A stretch of DNA of 48,563 nt, the filler included, from Catajapyx aquilonaris (taxonomy: Eukaryota), in NCBI GenBank assembly GCA_000934665.2. It is 3 parts of 3 records of this genome, joined end to end, with 100 filler letters (N's around TTAATTAATTAA, not from the genome) between each part and the next. Parts side by side here need not be neighbours in the genome. Positions count along the whole stretch, not along the records: positions 1 to 16,143 come from JYFJ02007283.1; positions 16,244 to 32,365 come from JYFJ02007284.1; 1 more part is not named here. One strand, 5' to 3'. Below, one piece after another: positions 13,201 through 24,210 of this stretch. How positions within the stretch are numbered: position 1 is the stretch's first letter; each line of letters opens with the position of its first letter. Both the position numbers and the translations under genes were made by a program. Under the pieces are notes generated by a model that ran no database searches, was not told the origin of the DNA, and saw nothing but the letters and a program-made list of their open reading frames with translations.

Positions 13201-15562
13201 CTCAGTCAAACTTAAACCCGGCTCAAAAGTGCCGACTCGCTTTTTGCCACCAGGAAATCATGCCAGAAATAGACAAAACCACAGCCGCTAAGAGTTTGAC
13301 AGGGCCATATTCCCAATTTGTTTATTCAAATCTGATATCCGCCCTCCCCCCAGAAATCCTCTGCTCAAACAGGACCCTTATCGCGGCACTTCTCTTCATT
13401 TGCTGACGTGTTTCATAATTTATGCGGTTATCAGCACTCGACCCCACCCCTGTACTGCGTGCAAAGCAGCTTCGAATGTCCGCTGGGTTAGCGTTTACCC
13501 CTGGCCTCAGGGTGTGTTCTGGCGCTCTTCACTTTTTTGCCAAAATATTGGCAAAGTGCGGTCAATGCTGCATTTCAATGAACCTGGGCCAGGCTGTGCA
13601 CTCGGAAGGAAAAGCCAGCGGGGACTGCATCGCTCCCGCAAATGAAGGAGAGCTCCAGAATCCATTTCCTCCTCATCGAAATACAACAGACGCAGGATGA
13701 CCAGCAGCCACCATTGCAGCTGCAACTACGCAGTTGCCATGGAGAAATCGCTCTCAGAGTAGCCAGAAATTTGGGAACCACCAACTCCATTCCAACTATC
13801 TCCTATCCCCCTTTTATCCCCCCTCCCTCCGGTTCGCCCACACTACTGACGTACTTTGTGAACGGTCCCAATGGGGGGCTTCCCACCAATTTGGCTTTTT
13901 AGACTAGCGGGACAATCAGGGCTGTAACAGGTCTCCTTCCTCCTATTTAGCGGCCGAAAATGCAATGAAAAGGGGACAGCGGGTTGTCCAACGATTCATC
14001 CAATTTGGAGCTGGGAAATTCTTGGATGCATATTGGTGTTGCTTAGCGACACCTCCATCTGCCTGGCTACGCCCAAGATGCAAAAAGTAATTTTCAGGTA
14101 AACTGGAAGTCGTAGGTTTGGACGACGTACCTAGTTCACTTACTTTACGTCGCCAAGGGCGACGTTCCAGATTATTGGCTTGTGATCGGCACGAAAGAAT
14201 GGCTTTATGAACATCAGCCAGGGCACCCCCTCCCTCCTTTACCTCTCCCGAAGTACAAAGTTGCTCAACGGGAAAACTTTACTCGTCGACTCGCCCGGAA
14301 TATTGCAGTAATATAGCCCAAGATGAGGGTGGATGCCGAAGGGGGACTCCAGGAATTGCTTTTCTACTGGTCTCCATCCCGAGTGCGCCTCTCGTCGCCC
14401 GCCATTTTGGGCCCCCAAAAAATGTATCGCCAGCTGGGAGCACTCATGGGGGCGTAACTAAACCTAAGCTAACGTAATCCTGACACTGATAATGGGGCAA
14501 CATGTCACGCCATGTCTAGTGACCGCACATTCATGATTTATGCCGCAATGCACTATCATAATTATGGGCTGCAGCATGTGGTATCGCGTGATATGGCTGG
14601 GAGAAGAGTGCAGCCGCAGATGGTAATAGATAGGTGGTAGGGACCAAATTAATTAGTTGTGCAGATTGATCGGGGCCAATCCTGTAAGCAGCAGTAGTCT
14701 ATGGAAAAGCGAAGTACCCTATTTTTGCCATCATTTGGTGAATGGGAGAGCAATAAGGGAAGAGGTTCCGTGGGCCAGACCCGGGAAGGAGATTCCGCCA
14801 AGCATTCCTTTAATCCCTCGGTTCTATCTGGAGTAGTGGGCCCGAAATTGGCGTTGCTTTGTCAAACGAATCGAAAGCCCTGCAAGCATCCGGGAGAACC
14901 CCCGTATTTGTTCTCTTTAGAAAGTAGGGGAAATAGAAAGAGTGGACATCTGGGAGGTGATTGGCTTAGGGACCCAAAAAAGTATTGGACTTTGAGCTTG
15001 CTTGGGAGAAGGCTTTAGTGTGGCAGTAATTCCTTAGTGGGCGCTCAGGATGACCATGTTGCCCGGGCTAAAAGGGATCGCTCCCTGGATCCTTTGGCAG
15101 GACTTTGATGACCTCCTTTTTCGATTCATGCTAAGGGGGTACGGATTATTCAATTGCTTGCATCTAGGATTTATACACACCTGCTAGATGCCTACTTTTT
15201 TTAAAAAATAGATTTTGCATACCTCCGTCAGGTATCATCTTTAGACTTCGTTTAAATGTATGCGCATCTCCTAAGATTGGCGGTATAGTTGATGCTATCA
15301 CCTTTTACGTTTGTAATGTTCGTTACAAACACACAAGAATTTAAGTAATTGATAGAAAGTAGACCAATTGTTCACCGTTTTATCCGACTCGTGTCCCCTC
15401 GATCAATGACGTTGATGCGTATACCTTCCTCATTTCTAACAGCAGCATCAACATGACCACATTGAAAGCAATAACAACAGGAGCACGGTACATGTCATTG
15501 TCATTGGGTTATTGTGTTACAGATAAAAAATCAAATACATTTAAAAAGTGATGCAGATAAAA

Positions 15563-15691
15563 GATATGTGTTCACAAGCTCGCGCAAACCGACTTCTCGC
15601 TACGCTTTTTGGCAGCGAGTTCCACCCAACTAGCTCCCTGACGCTCGTGGCGTGGCGAGGAGGCGTTTCTCGCGAGTTTGTGAACACACCT
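15563..15691. mobile_element. Short Tourist/Harbinger-like MITE
   Basis: ~40-bp imperfect inverted arms (GTGTTCACAAGCTCGCG... / ...CGCGAGTTTGTGAACAC) with TAA-rich flanks. Confidence 0.6.
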
Positions 15692-16084
15692 TTAACAATC
15701 AGCTAGAACTAATTTCACTGCAAGCCAAAGAATACGGGTTGATGACTTTTTAAGTAAATGAGGCTACGTGATTAATAATAATGATGATAATAATAAACAC
15801 TATGATTTGTTTAAATCAGTTCTGGGTCTGGTTGGTAAACGCTCCCGTGGGTGTTAAAAACCAATGTTCACCTCATTATTTTCATTAATACTTGACACCC
15901 GTCTACATTTTGAGTAATTAAAAGCTCCCCTATCCCAATGCCGGCTGTTTTTACTGCATCTATACACTGTTAGCCTCGTTACGTTTAGGTAGACAAACCA
16001 TGTTTATTTTAAATTTTATGTCTAAGAATGCGTGACTGTGGGATGTTATAAGATCATAGCCTTGTGCACCGTCAGGTTCTAAAG

Positions 16085-16143
16085 CAGTGGTTCCCAACCT
16101 GGGGGGCGCGCCCCCCCAGGGGGGCGTGAGAGGATTTCAGGGG
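16085..16143 (+). mobile_element. hAT left terminus truncated by the gap
   Basis: CAGTGGTTCCCAACCTGGGGG, same TIR type as 1939-2200. Confidence 0.75.
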
Positions 16144-16243
16144 NNNNNNNNNNNNNNNNNNNNNNNNNNNNNNNNNNNNNNNNNNNNTTAATTAATTAAN
16201 NNNNNNNNNNNNNNNNNNNNNNNNNNNNNNNNNNNNNNNNNNN
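16144..16243. other. Scaffold gap with artificial TTAATTAATTAA linker
   Basis: N-runs flanking a six-frame stop linker. Confidence 0.97.
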
Positions 16244-16429
16244 GTTCGTCTCTCAGGAAAACTGCTTATACCCTCGGAATCAGGATTTTTTGCCCGATTT
16301 TTAGAATTCAACTTGTATTTTGAGTGGAGTGTCCCTTTAAGTGACAAAAGCAAAGAGCTGAGCATGCTTTCAAATTACCCAATGGTGCGTGTCATTTGTT
16401 TCTGCGGTACAACACTCCCCTACCCGCAT

Positions 16430-16510
16430 GGGGGTCAAATTTACACTCCAAGTCGGAACAGATTGAGTGATGAACATTTTCGGGCCCTTCTAATAATGAA
16501 GTGTTGTATG
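16430..16510 (+). pseudogene. hAT transposase C-terminal dimerisation-domain fragment
   Basis: GQIYTPSRNRLSDEHFRALLIMKC resembles the hATC 'RNRLSDE.FE.LL' motif. Confidence 0.5.
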
Positions 16511-16899
16511 CATATTGATATTGCATAGTGGTGCTGGTGCCAATGTGCATGGCCGAATCCAGTATTCATCGCATGAACATGACATTATCAGATATTGACG
16601 GATCTAAATCTGGTCTACGCTGGACAGAGGCACCCAGCTCTATTGAGATAAATACAACTGGGAAGGTGGGTAATACGCTGCATAGACATTCTTACTATAC
16701 TCTGTCGCTAATATTTACTCGGGTGACCCATCACTGCTGGCTACCCAGAGTCAACATATCTACCACAAAACGTGGCCACAAAGCAACACAGCAGCAGGAG
16801 ATCAGTCACCCTGTGGGGATGGCTGGCGAGGGAAGAAGCAGGCCATCTCCACATGATTGAAGGCAATCAGGGATATCGGGATACTGGATGTGTGATCAC

Positions 16900-16992
16900 C
16901 AAGAAACAGTTCATGATTGAGCATGAGCAAACTCATAAGATAATTAAACAGTTTTGTGAGCCTGGCCACTCCTTAATTCACGAGATGGATGT
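16900..16992 (+). pseudogene. Possible Sola-type transposase fragment
   Basis: IIKQFCEPGHSLIHEMD resembles the F.E.GHS...E.D motif; short. Confidence 0.35.
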
Positions 16993-17539
16993 TTTTTTTT
17001 CTTCTAAATTATATTTATCATTTATCTATTAAGGAGAGAAGCTAAGTAGTATGTGTATATTATAAAAGACCGCCTTGGCTTGCTGTACCCAATGACGGTA
17101 GGTTGTCACATTATGAAATTGCGCCACAATACTTTAAAATATCAACCTCCCTCAAGCTTATCAGAGCTTATATTGCATTAAGGCCTCCTTCAGCAACGAT
17201 GAAAAAAAAAAAAAAGGACACAGCGCCGCGATGAAAAATAAATGAGGCTGGTGACTACAAGCACCTGACAATCAAATGACATGATGATGACAGGTTTTGC
17301 ACTCCACGGGCAGAAACAACAAAGAAAGACGCGCTTGCAAAGTCTCCTTGAGAGTTAGCAACAACAGAAATATCCTATAATCACATACATCGCCTCATTG
17401 AGAAGGCTGTTCTTGAGGAGGACGCTTAACCACTACTGACTACAGGAAGCCAAATCCACCACCAGGATGGACGTGGGTTATACTGTACATAGAATACCAC
17501 ATCTCGCTATGGACACCAAGATGGTACTTCAGCCTGCTG

Positions 17540-18795
17540 CATAAAGAAACCAGCAACAGTATGGTTATGTTCTGTTGTCGTCCACGCAGGAACTCAGGGT
17601 ATGTGGAGGGTACAAACCTGCTCTTCAGCACTGGGAGGCAGGCAGGTGAATTACCATGACCAAATTGATGTAGACACCTTACAGGTTCTCCAACAACTGA
17701 AGCAACTGAAGACAAAATGTAGGCCTACACTATAATAAAAAGTGCATAGTTCATTTGAAGTGGGATTGTACAGTGTATGTGAAGTACCTGAGTCCCAACA
17801 TCCATCGAAATGGACACGCTACTGAAACAATGCCAGCAATGGAGGTTCTAAAAATAGCTACATGGACGTGGATTGTCAATGGACATATCCAACGGGTTCG
17901 TTCGTGAGGATGATTAATTTATTCCTGAGCCATGTGGCCATTCGTGACGAATGTTGGTGGGACCATTGTGAACCAGAGACCCGCAGGACCAGCATGAAGT
18001 GGAAGCACAATTGAGTCCTCTGCAAGCCTATCTCATAAAATAACATTGATCCAGACAAGATATGTGGTACGTGTTTCTATGCATCATATGTTCATTCATC
18101 TCATACAACAATGAGGATTAAGATCTGTTGTTCAAATGCTAGAACAAGTGAAAAACACAAAGCCTCTCCAATAATGTGATTTAAAAAGGCTGCTTGGCAG
18201 CCATGGGAGGAGTTGGGCAATAATTACTGACCCAGTTGATGTACCTGACTTTTCCCTTCTGAGGGAGGGAGGAGGTCAAGGGTCTCACTTTAGGACAGGG
18301 CAGGAGTCTACCTTGTGAAGCAAGCGAGGAGGATAAGTTCACTCCCCTGCCTTCATGTATCCAAGAGCGTGCAAAACAAGCAGAAGGCAATACAAAAACA
18401 ATACATGTCTTCACACATCTATGCTTTGATGTGTAGTATTATTCAGTATGGTCAAGAAGAAATTGATAACACACTTCAATCCAACAGGAGCATTCTGAGG
18501 AGCTGACCACCCCAAGGTACAACAAGGCATGACTGAAGCAGCGGCAGAAGGATTTTCCCAGCCGCATACCCAACTAATCATCATCCATATGAGGCACACT
18601 CTGCACCAAACACTCCTGCAAAACAACACTCACAGCAGTAACAGCCCCAAAGAGGATTCTCTATGCCCAGAACTATTACAGAAGGCACAGTGTCTCAAAG
18701 AGAAGTTCCAGATTTACAAAGTAGATGATCTACTTGCTGACAAGGGAGTGGTGATGCTTCCACCATACCACTGCCATATCACTCCTATTGAATAG
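17540..18795 (+). pseudogene. Decayed IS630-Tc1-mariner (Sailor/DD82E-like) transposase fragments
   Basis: Frameshifted VVVHAGT/GYVEGTNLLFSTG/YHDQID (17570-17680) and ELLQKA...YKVDDLLADKGVVMLPPYHCHITPIE (18670-18792). Confidence 0.6.
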
Positions 18796-19134
18796 GTTTG
18801 AGGTAAAGCAAAGCAGTATTATTAATATTCATTATTACGACATATACTCGATTCATTTATTGGCAGTGACCCAGGATCCTCTGGTATTGTGGCAGTCACA
18901 CACATGTGCCATATTGTATCTGAGTCTACACCTTTATGGCATGGGGCAGGTCTTTTGTGATAGGGTATCAAAATTGTTGACAATCTCATCACTGATGAAC
19001 AACATAAAGGGGATAAATTATGGAAAGTATGCCCACTTTAGGAGGACATTCGCAGCAGATGCCAACTAATATGTCCAGCTACGAACAAATGGTGCTGTTT
19101 ACAGGTCTAACTAAATTGAAGCAAACAGGACAAA

Positions 19135-19345
19135 AAAGCATTGTCAAGTTATTTGACAATATGAGTGTGGCAGTTGTATCCACTCACTGTCCCACTGATT
19201 TAAGTCACAAAGCTGGCGAAGGTGGTCCAAAAAAGACAGTAAATACATTGAAATTACCAGACCAGCCATTGCGAAAAATGACCCTGACAACATTGGGGGA
19301 GTGGACTTGGTTGAGACACATAAGCATGTATCGCATGCGATTGCC
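19135..19345 (+). pseudogene. Decayed piggyBac transposase fragment
   Basis: IVKLFDNMSVAVVST / RRWSKKDSKYIEITRPAIAK..DNIGGVDLV / ISMYRMR across frameshifts. Confidence 0.75.
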
Positions 19346-20913
19346 AAAGGTCTCCACTCAGAAGGTATACATGAAGTAGTCACTTTGAATGTGTGATCCA
19401 CCCCAAGTTGAACGAACTACAACACAAATCTCTGGAAGTTAAGGGCCTTCTGACTGGCCTTTGTGAAAAGGCCAACCAAGAAGGCCACTGTTATAGCACA
19501 AGACACTGCAGCCTTTTCTTCCCTCTTCTATTGGTTACACATTTTGTGGCCCGTGGCAGCTGGATGCTACCATCTCAGGGCAAAGGTTGTTGGAGAGAAG
19601 TACCCTCCAACATACATGCAATCCTGAATGAAGCAAAACCATCATGAAAGCAGAAGTCCTCGCTCCTTAAATGTCATTCATGTCGAGAGCATAGGAAGGA
19701 GTTTAGACACTGATGCTGAGGAGGTAAGAAAATGGAGTTGACAACAAAGAGACAAAATGTGCTAACAACTTTCAACCCCGACTCCCAGCCACTGAAGAGG
19801 CCAATGCAGGTTTTTGTTAAAACCATCATGCTCCAGTGGCAGATGAATGCTACCATCTGAGGGCAATGCTAGGTGGAAATTATTTCTGACAACATACTTG
19901 CAACCCTGAAAATGAACAGCAGTATTTCATAGAATGCCAACATGGAGCGTCCAAATGTCCAGAACACTCTTCATATCCAGGGGATCAGAAGCCACGTTGA
20001 TGTAGCAGAGAATAAAAATTTGACCTTTTTGTGATATTAATATGCAATAAGATGAGAAATATACACCACCAAACTGTATTACTATAACTGCGCAAATGCA
20101 TAATTATGCAAACATTGGATGACAAAGTACACAACCACTGGCCCTGCGACCAATCCAGACAATGGAAATTAATTAGTAGTAGTAGTAGTAGTGGTAGTAT
20201 ATATTATTATTTGTGTAACCAATTAGCCCCTTCGCATTAACTGACCACAATTACAATGCTCTTCACCTGGTCTAAAAAGACAGCTTGCCTGAAAAAATTT
20301 CATAGCATAGGCCAACATAGTTCCCTTACCATGTTACTACTGTGTTATTAAAACTCATGGGTGAAGCAAATAAACCAGGAAATCCGACTGTTTCACAGGG
20401 ATTATCATTTACAGAACAGGTCATAAGCATTAATTATGTAGGCTAAAAAACCTATTACTCAGGTCAGTGATTTACGTACTATTCATGCACTCAAGACAGT
20501 GTAGGACATAGTAATGGTGACGAGGCAGTGAGCCCCGGCTAGCCCCAACGTACTCTCCAGCCAGGTGCCTATGAAAGGACACATAAGGGCGATTACTGGA
20601 GGTGATTTCCACTGTCTCTCTACTGGCTGTATACCACTCTTGATACAATAACTGGGCCAGTCAATTAACTGTGCTGCCCAGACCAATGCCATTAGGCATG
20701 GCTGGAAGTACCGAGTACTATTGGAAACATTCAGGGGGAGATGGAGCAGTACGCAGAAGTGAAGTGCCGCGAGTACGTAGCGACATGGCAAAGCCTTCAC
20801 AAACCCCAAGCTTTCAAACAGCTCTGCAAACATGGCTCGAGATCATGGAGTACACCCATTCACAACTATTTCCGAGAAAGAATAACGTGAATTACAATCC
20901 CACTAACAAGATG

Positions 20914-21383
20914 ACAACCTGGTGCCAAACACCGTCGCTGAGGGGATGATGTCAACAACACCGCTAGGTGAGACGTCGTCTCCGTGGAGATTTGGTCTTT
21001 ACATGGACGCCGAAGCCAGTCGTTCCATTTGGGGCCGAACATTCGAACTGGAAGGACGCAAGTAGGGGTGCTCGCTGGCAAGATGACAACCTGGTGCCAA
21101 ACACCGTCGCTGAGGGGATGCAGTGGGCGGCCTATAGTCTCCAGTTGCTCTATATTTTTGTTTATACTGTTAACTTTTTACATTGTATGTTTATATATTT
21201 GTATGTATGTGTTCATATCACCGATTTCATCATCACCAAACTCATTATATCTTCTGCGTGGCCTGACCAGTCACTAGAAGATTCATTGTAATGGTCATAT
21301 GAGACGGCTAGGTACAAACTAGTCGTCGCTGGCTACCCCATGTCTGGGATTAAGCCGTGATGTCATGTATGTATGTATGTATG
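20914..21383 (+). mobile_element. 5'-truncated non-LTR retroelement insertion with (TGTA)n tail
   Basis: Flanking 21-bp direct repeat TACAATCCCACTAACAAGATG (20893-20913, 21384-21404); microsatellite tail; internal ~42-bp direct repeat. Confidence 0.75.
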
Positions 21384-24210
21384 TACAATCCCACTAACAA
21401 GATGTGACAGTGGGGACACCAGGGGAGATAGAGAAAAGAAGTGTTCCCCAGAATTTTAAGCACGCTATGTAAAAATAATTCGTCGGATGGATCTGCTCCT
21501 CCCAAAGTCTGTTGTTCCCCTCACAATGGAAGACATTCAAGAATACGGAGTAGAATTGCGGCAATTATGCTGGCATCATTTCAATATCCATACCTGACCT
21601 TTTTTAGCATCACAAGAGCAGTTTTAAAAAGTTGCTTCACTGAGGTGAAAATGCCCTGGAACTTCTTCCCTTCTGCAAGTTCTCCTTGTCACCGGCAGTA
21701 TCCCGCAAGGGACCGTTTGATGGTTAGGGGATTGAACCCATTCCCTCCCCTCCCTCAGGGCTCCATGTTATGGTTCTCTTCAGGTCCTCCCCATCAGGAT
21801 CTTGGGTTCAGGTATTTTGCTCTTGTTGGTCCAAGATCTCGGCTGTTCACTCAGCAAGGCTGACAAGTTGCTTCAGCTACTCTTGCAAACACACATAACA
21901 GTCATGGTCTCCTTTAAGAAACTCGTAATTGAAGAATAACATAATCAAAAACACAAGATCGATCAGGACACATTCATAACATGATTGACAACAATGTTGG
22001 TATGATCATGTCATTTAATGGGTCAAATGTGTGACTGACTGACCAGTTCACACAGGTCAATTTTTCCAAATGTTTTACTTGAAAGAGTTTAAAATTTTTA
22101 AATTAATCAATAGAAATAACAGTACAATCAAATATGACAAATCATTAGCATTTTGTCTGATTTTATACACCAATCTGCACCAAAAACCGTCATGCATATC
22201 CATCATAATCTTGTAAATGTGCCTGATATTCAAAAGGTTGGAACAATCCACAACCATAACATCCTAATGTTCAAAATGGTAACCATAAACCAAATTTAGA
22301 TCATAAAAAATTATCTCACCTAATAACCTTGCCACACAAGCAATGGGCCTCAACTGGGTGGACGATCTGGAACCTGATGTAACGACAGATGAAGTGTCTT
22401 GGCAAGTGAGATGACAGGTCCATTGCAGCATCTGAAGCAGAAGCAAAATGTCACATCAATTATTTGCAATTAAAAAATATTCAAGCAAGATAATCCACCT
22501 TGGGATATGAGTCACACTACGTTTGTTATCCCGCTTATTCAGGGTCCATCCACACAAACGCACAAATGAAAACAACTGAGAGAACAATTTGTCCCGCTGT
22601 CTGGCACACCCGCATCCAAGCATAAGGTGAAATCAGGTGCTTCTCAAAGCGGTGATTAATCTTCCCCTCGTTTCATCAACTGCCACTAACAACCTCAAGA
22701 TGAAAGGCTGAAGGCGTGGCTAAGGGGTACGTGCTACGAAGTTAGCAAGCTCCATTCATCCACTGTGTTACCACACCAAATCGTGAATTTATTGGTGCTA
22801 TCTCAAAACAATGCTTCCAGACAAATGAACAGGTTTTACTTTAACATTGTACAAGTTTCTACTATTTACATAAATCCTGTATAAATGCAAATGAAACAAG
22901 AATTCAAATAATGAGTTAAAAGTACATGCGGAAATCAATCAATTAGCAGCTAATACTTTTAAATATTAAGTGTAACTCCTTCATAATAAGCAAAATTGCC
23001 TTTAGACTCGTAGAAACAAGCGCTGACATTGCGACACATGGGGCAATAAGTGCAGGTGTGAACGATGGCGCAATGCATCTTTCGCAACTGCACTGCTGCC
23101 TCATCAAGGAAAACATTTCGCGACATAGGTTTTTCCTATGCCGGGTAACCAATTTACATAATAAGCGAGATTGAGTCACATAAGCTTGTGCAAGTGTTTA
23201 AAGTGATTTTACATAACGTGTACGTCAATCGTATAGGCATTGCTGGGTGACACCACTGCGTTAATTTTACACGCATCAATATTTGTGGCATTTCATTCCA
23301 ATCGTGGCTACAACCTATGCAATATTAAGTCATGTGCAACTGGAATTACTGACAGTTTTTAGAGTAAGCGACTCCTTGCCTAAACGCAATTAGTGAAAAT
23401 CCTTTAATTTTACTACGAAAGCCGACAAAAGCGACTGGTGCATCATAACGACCTAGTCATGTCGGAAAGGCTGCACCACCATGGGTGGCCCCATGGAGGT
23501 AGTGGCCCCAGGTACTGACCACCTCTGGGCCTTGCCCCGCTTACAGATCAGACTTGACCTCCCACCTTGCCCTTCCCTCCCGATTGTACCAACCCTCACT
23601 CACCTCCTCAGCAGGGGCGGCACCCAGGGGCGGCCCTGGAGCCTGGCCCCGGGGCGGAGCAGAGACGGGCGATCCGACCAGCGATCCACCCGTTCCATTC
23701 CGGGAAGAGGGGGAGCCAGAGAACAGGCAAGCGCACGCAGTCCTGGAAACACCATGGCGTCCCCACCGCACATGCCCACCTTGCCTAGAATGGACTCGAA
23801 ATGGCCGACGCACCTTATTTCCAAGCCTCCTTCGCCACCTCCCCTCTTCTACCGGCATCGACGAATATAAACGCTATTTGAAAGTAGCGGTTCCTCTAAC
23901 AAGCTAATAACCGCTAATTTAAACAGCTCATTTGCATACGAAAGTGGCCAAAAATTGCTGAGCAGAGTAGAAGATTCAGTGAGGTCTGTAACGGAAGGTT
24001 TTTGGTTGTACAACTGAGGCGAAGACGACCGTCATGCTACGTCGAATGGCATATAATGTGTTTTGCCTAACGTTGTCTAGTTATATATAGCAGCATGTAT
24101 GGTGGGCAAAGAACATTTTTTTACTATGTATCGTGTATTACTAACATAGACAGAATTAAAGAGACATCATATTCGGATTCAGCATCACGAATTATATCTG
24201 GGTACCTGGA

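Noticed and set aside
10620..15018. Many short overlapping ORFs
   Set aside because: No recognisable domain or consistent splice chain; treated as chance ORFs
16144..16243. TTAATTAATTAA as a piggyBac target or biological motif (also at 32366-32465)
   Set aside because: It sits identically inside both N gaps, so it is an assembly linker
23236..23248. TTGCTGGG as a CMC/EnSpm terminus
   Set aside because: No matching opposite end or TSD found
23740..23830. WRPHRTCPPCLEWTRNG as a Chapaev-type zinc motif
   Set aside because: Short resemblance only, with no flanking conserved motifs
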